Shown: positions 20,901 through 24,255 of the stretch, piece after piece
Layout: each line of letters starts with the position of its first letter
Numbering within the stretch: position 1 is the stretch's first letter
Assembly: GCA_021432655.1 (NCBI GenBank)
Contig: MU271341.1
Location: 62,001-86,255, forward strand
Reading direction: 5' to 3'
DNA: 24,255 nucleotides
From: Atractiella rhizophila
Taxonomy: Eukaryota
Notes under the pieces: generated by a model
Told to the model about the DNA's origin: nothing
The model's database searches: none
Seen by the model: only the letters and a program-made list of their open reading frames with translations
Made by a program: the position numbers and the translations under genes

Positions 20901-21660
20901 ATGTGATCAAGTCGTCGTGGTCTCCCAAACCAATAACTCCCAATGTTAATGGAGGAGGCAATACGGTTGAAAGCATGGGCGTTGATGAGAAGGTGTTTAT
21001 CAGGCTCAAGATGACTAGATCGGATGTGGTGGATGCGATATCCGATATGATTACAAAGAATGAGTACCCCATACTCGTGATGGAGGGGGTTATTGGACTG
21101 AACCTCCTAGGAGGAGTAAAAGAAGGAGGTACGTTTTCAGTCCTATACCTTTTTGGGCTATGCGAACTAAAGAATCGTTTGAAGCCATGCTCGTCCTCCA
21201 TTCCATAACACGGCCATCTCGCCGCAGCTCATCACGGACATTACCTACCAGCCCACAGCTTGCTTCTTCGCCACCTCAACTTTCACCACCGAGTCTTCCT
21301 TCCTCCCCTCCCCTGTTGTCGCCCTCTCCACCAACCTCACCCTCCTCCTCATCACACCGTCGCTCAACTCAACCGTCTCCGGACGGCCGCGCTGCCCCCT
21401 CTTCTGCCCTAGAAGTCCTCACAGCAACCCTGGCTCGTCCCTCCGCTCCCGAGCTCACCATGAATGTCTGCTCCCTCCTCCGCCTGCTCTTCGTCTACTG
21501 CAGCCGCGACGGTGCTCGGCCATTGGAGGTGCTGAAGGCAGCGACACTTGACCCATTGAGGAGGATGGCGAGCCCGGAATGGAGCTTTGATGAACGACTC
21601 AGGAATGCCGCGAAAGCAGCGCTGCAGGGGCTGGAGGTTAATTTGGTTGCTGTGTCGTAG
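17927..21660 (+). CDS. Armadillo-repeat protein, likely SmgGDS/Rap1GDS1-like small-GTPase binding factor; 8 introns
   Basis: gccATGA|gtgcgt (intron 17931-17985, CTAAT branch) gives MTSHPHPHHPHHPQPPP. Splicing 18295-18804 gives ...RLAEYFKE|KALRSAAT...EILRTLANLCYEHESNR. Further motifs: AAVGAMLN, CASLTLGNLARGD, HGVLGLLKNLSLP, NRPILGNAGVI, LRSEATRLLINVIK. These resemble fungal SmgGDS-type ARM proteins as I recall them. Stop TAG at 21658-21660. Confidence 0.8.
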
Positions 21661-21997
21661 GTTTCGGTGCGGCGTATATCTTGCTTCGAGATCATTGAAA
21701 TAATTGGTGCTCGTTACTGATCAGTTGATACCTATGTTGCCACACTTTCGCTTTGATCGTCGAGTGAACTCGGCGCTGGAGGTTGTAGGATAATATACCT
21801 ATGTGCAATCAGAAGTACTGAATGTATTACAATTGTCAACATACAAATCGGAAAGCAAATCAGTGTATCAATGCTGTACTTGCTACTTGCTTCGATCAAT
21901 AAAGTCCCGTGACCGTAATATCTCATCGATCGAGAGGATCAAGCATCGATCCGCTTCTGCTCAAACTTGCAATTGTTTGCAACGGTGGCCCAAAACC

Positions 21998-22019
21998 GTG
22001 AGTACCTTGTGAGTACCTT
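21998..22019 (+). repeat. Perfect 11-bp tandem duplication (GTGAGTACCTT)x2
   Basis: Read directly at 21998-22008 and 22009-22019, about 180-200 bp upstream of the hexokinase ATG. Confidence 0.9.
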
Positions 22020-22200
22020 CCTTCAAGCCCGCCCTCACGCTCAACGCTGAATGGTAGGGCTGTGTGGTCTAGATTACTCCAAGGCACCAAGATTGTCACC
22101 GAGGGAGTAAAGGCAGCAAAAAGGCACACTCCCTGACCGATTCCCTCTCATTGCCCAAAACTAACTTCGGCTCCCAGCATTTCCCACTCAACCTTGCAAG

Positions 22201-24180
22201 ATGTCTGCCTTCAACTTCCTCAACTCCCTCCCGAACGATATATCCCAAGCAACGAAAGAGGTGATCGAGTCTCTGGACGACTCCTTCGCCATCACCGATG
22301 AGAAACTGAAGGATATCGTCAAGCAATTCTTGTGGGAATATAATCAGGGCTTGAGCGTGAAAATCACGGGGAAGAATGCTCACACCTTTTTACCGATGAT
22401 TCGTCCGTTTTCCCTCCATTTCGTCAAGAGTGATCTTTGATTCTCTTGTCTAAAGCCACCTTCTTGAGCGATACGCCAGATGGAACTGAGTCTGGAAATT
22501 TCCTTGCTTTGGATCTGGGAGGAACGAACCTACGAGTGTGCCGGGTATGTTTTGTTGCTGTCGCTGCTAGTCAGCTGAGAATCGACGCTGACATGCGATT
22601 GAGGGAGTAGGTTGAGCTCAAGGGTGATAAAGGATTTAGTCTATCTCAGGAGAAATACACTGTATCTGAAGCGCTGAAGACTGGAGAAGCGGCTGCCCTG
22701 TTCGACTTCATAGCCAATTGCGTGGACCATTTCTTGACCAAGTATGACTTGCAAGCTACGGATGAGGAGATTGAAGAGGAGAAGCTCCACCTTGGTTTCA
22801 CTTTCAGTTTTCCAGTTCAACAGACTGCGATCGACAAGGGGACGCTTATTGGTTGGACAAAGGTCGGTTATTTCTCCCTATACTGTTCCCCTCGAGTGAC
22901 GATGTCGTGTTTATCGCAAAGGGGTTCTCAGCAACTAATGCCGAGGGGAATGATGTCGTGAAGCTCCTTCAAGATGCGCTCGACCGGAAACACATCCACG
23001 TCCATTGTTCTGCTCTCGTCAACGACACCGTTGGAACCCTCATGGCCCGAGCATATCAATCTGGAGGTGCCATCATTGGGGCTATCTTCGGAACGGGGAC
23101 AAACGGTGCCTATGTGCAATCCATCGACAAAGTCAAGCTACTTTCAGATGTCCGTCGTTCTTGGCCTGGGTCTCACCAGCACATTGACTTTGACTATAGG
23201 AGCAGAAGGGAGACCTTGCCTCGATGATCATTAACACAGAATGTGTGTTGCTTCTTCCTCTTCGCTCAGTTCAACTCTGACGCTGAGACTAGGGGGAGCA
23301 TTTGACAACGAACGTCGGGTCCTACCTTTCACTGTCTTTGATAACAAGTTGGATCGTGAAAGCATCAATCCGCGCCGTCAAGCATTCGAAAAAATGATCA
23401 GTGGAATGTGTAAGTTGTCGCCTTCCTCTATCAGACTCAGCCTTGATGATCTGGGTTTGCAGATCTGGGAGAAATCGTTCGGAACGTCCTCTTGCATCTC
23501 ATCGACCGGGAAATTATATTCCAGGGCTACTCCTCGAAAATGCTCAACACCCATTACGGGTTTGACACCGCTCTCATGTCTAAGATTGAGAAGATACCTC
23601 TGGGACACGTCTTCGATGTTGAGCCCATCAAGCATATTCTACACTTCGAAGTTGGCGTGCCACAGGACAAGATCGCCAAGGAAGACTGTATCATTGTAGC
23701 CAGGGTATGCGAGATCGTGGGCACCCGATGCGCGTATGCTTTCCTCTCCCTTGATATTCGATGACCTGCTTAACCTGGGACCTAGCCGCCTGGCAGCAAC
23801 CGCAATCGCGACGGTACTTGAGCAAACAAACCAAGCACAGACTAAGGGTCCGATCAGCGTAGGGGTAGATGGAAGCCTTGTCGAGCATTATCCTCGATTC
23901 GAGGAGAGGTTGCGGGCTGGATTACTTGCCCTGGTTGGTGCCGAAGTCGAGGAGAGAACCTTGATTGGGCTTGCAAAGGACGGGAGTGGAGTGGGGGCAG
24001 CGTTATGCGCGCTGCAAGCCAAGAAACAACAGGACGCTGCTGGTGTGTCCCCATCGCCATCCTGCTTCTCTTGTCGCTGACTTTGGGTTTGCATCTAGGT
24101 ATCAAGCATGTTCAAACTGTGGAAGACAAGAGAGCCAAAAAGATGGCTGCCTCATCTTCTGCTCAGTCCATTTCTGCTTA
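22201..24180 (+). CDS. Hexokinase family protein (possibly glucokinase-type); 8 introns
   Basis: Spliced product contains [103 protein letters not shown] and [11 protein letters not shown]. The last exon reads [27 protein letters not shown] and ends at 24180. Confidence 0.96.
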
Positions 24181-24255
24181 ACTTCTGTTCTTGAAAGGCT
24201 CTAAAAATTTCACTTGTTGTTCATCTTATCAATCAAAGGAACCTGTCCAACCCAA

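Noticed and set aside
23965..24204. Cryptic peroxisomal targeting signal or CaaX tail on hexokinase through alternative splicing
   Set aside because: The possible C-termini (-SISA spliced, -FSCR retained, -LERL in another frame) fit neither PTS1 nor CaaX consensus.

Overview
Gene-dense, intron-rich fungal genomic DNA. Intron style and protein similarity suggest a basidiomycete, but the species cannot be fixed from sequence alone. I reconstructed eight protein-coding genes by hand splicing (about 68 short introns, mostly 44-70 nt): the 3' part of a THOC3/Tex1 WD40 gene (+), an MFS sugar-porter transporter (-), homocitrate synthase (+), a Zn2Cys6 transcription factor (-), GSK-3 kinase (+), a GFA/Mss4-like zinc protein (-), an armadillo-repeat SmgGDS-like protein (+) and a hexokinase/glucokinase (+). 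I saw no RNA genes, mobile elements or CRISPR arrays. The proteins are ordinary; the unusual signals are in RNA processing. (1) GSK-3 intron 1 appears to contain a nested intron whose removal clears every AG between the outer branch point and the outer acceptor. (2) GSK-3 has an AUG-free, 102-codon in-frame upstream extension with an ACG in start-like context. (3) A 510-nt intron in the ARM gene breaks into four normal-sized intron units, and its proximal donor creates a T|AG stop at the junction. A ~100-nt homopolymer-rich patch breaks the transporter frame and looks like base-calling error. All splice models are inferences that need RNA data.
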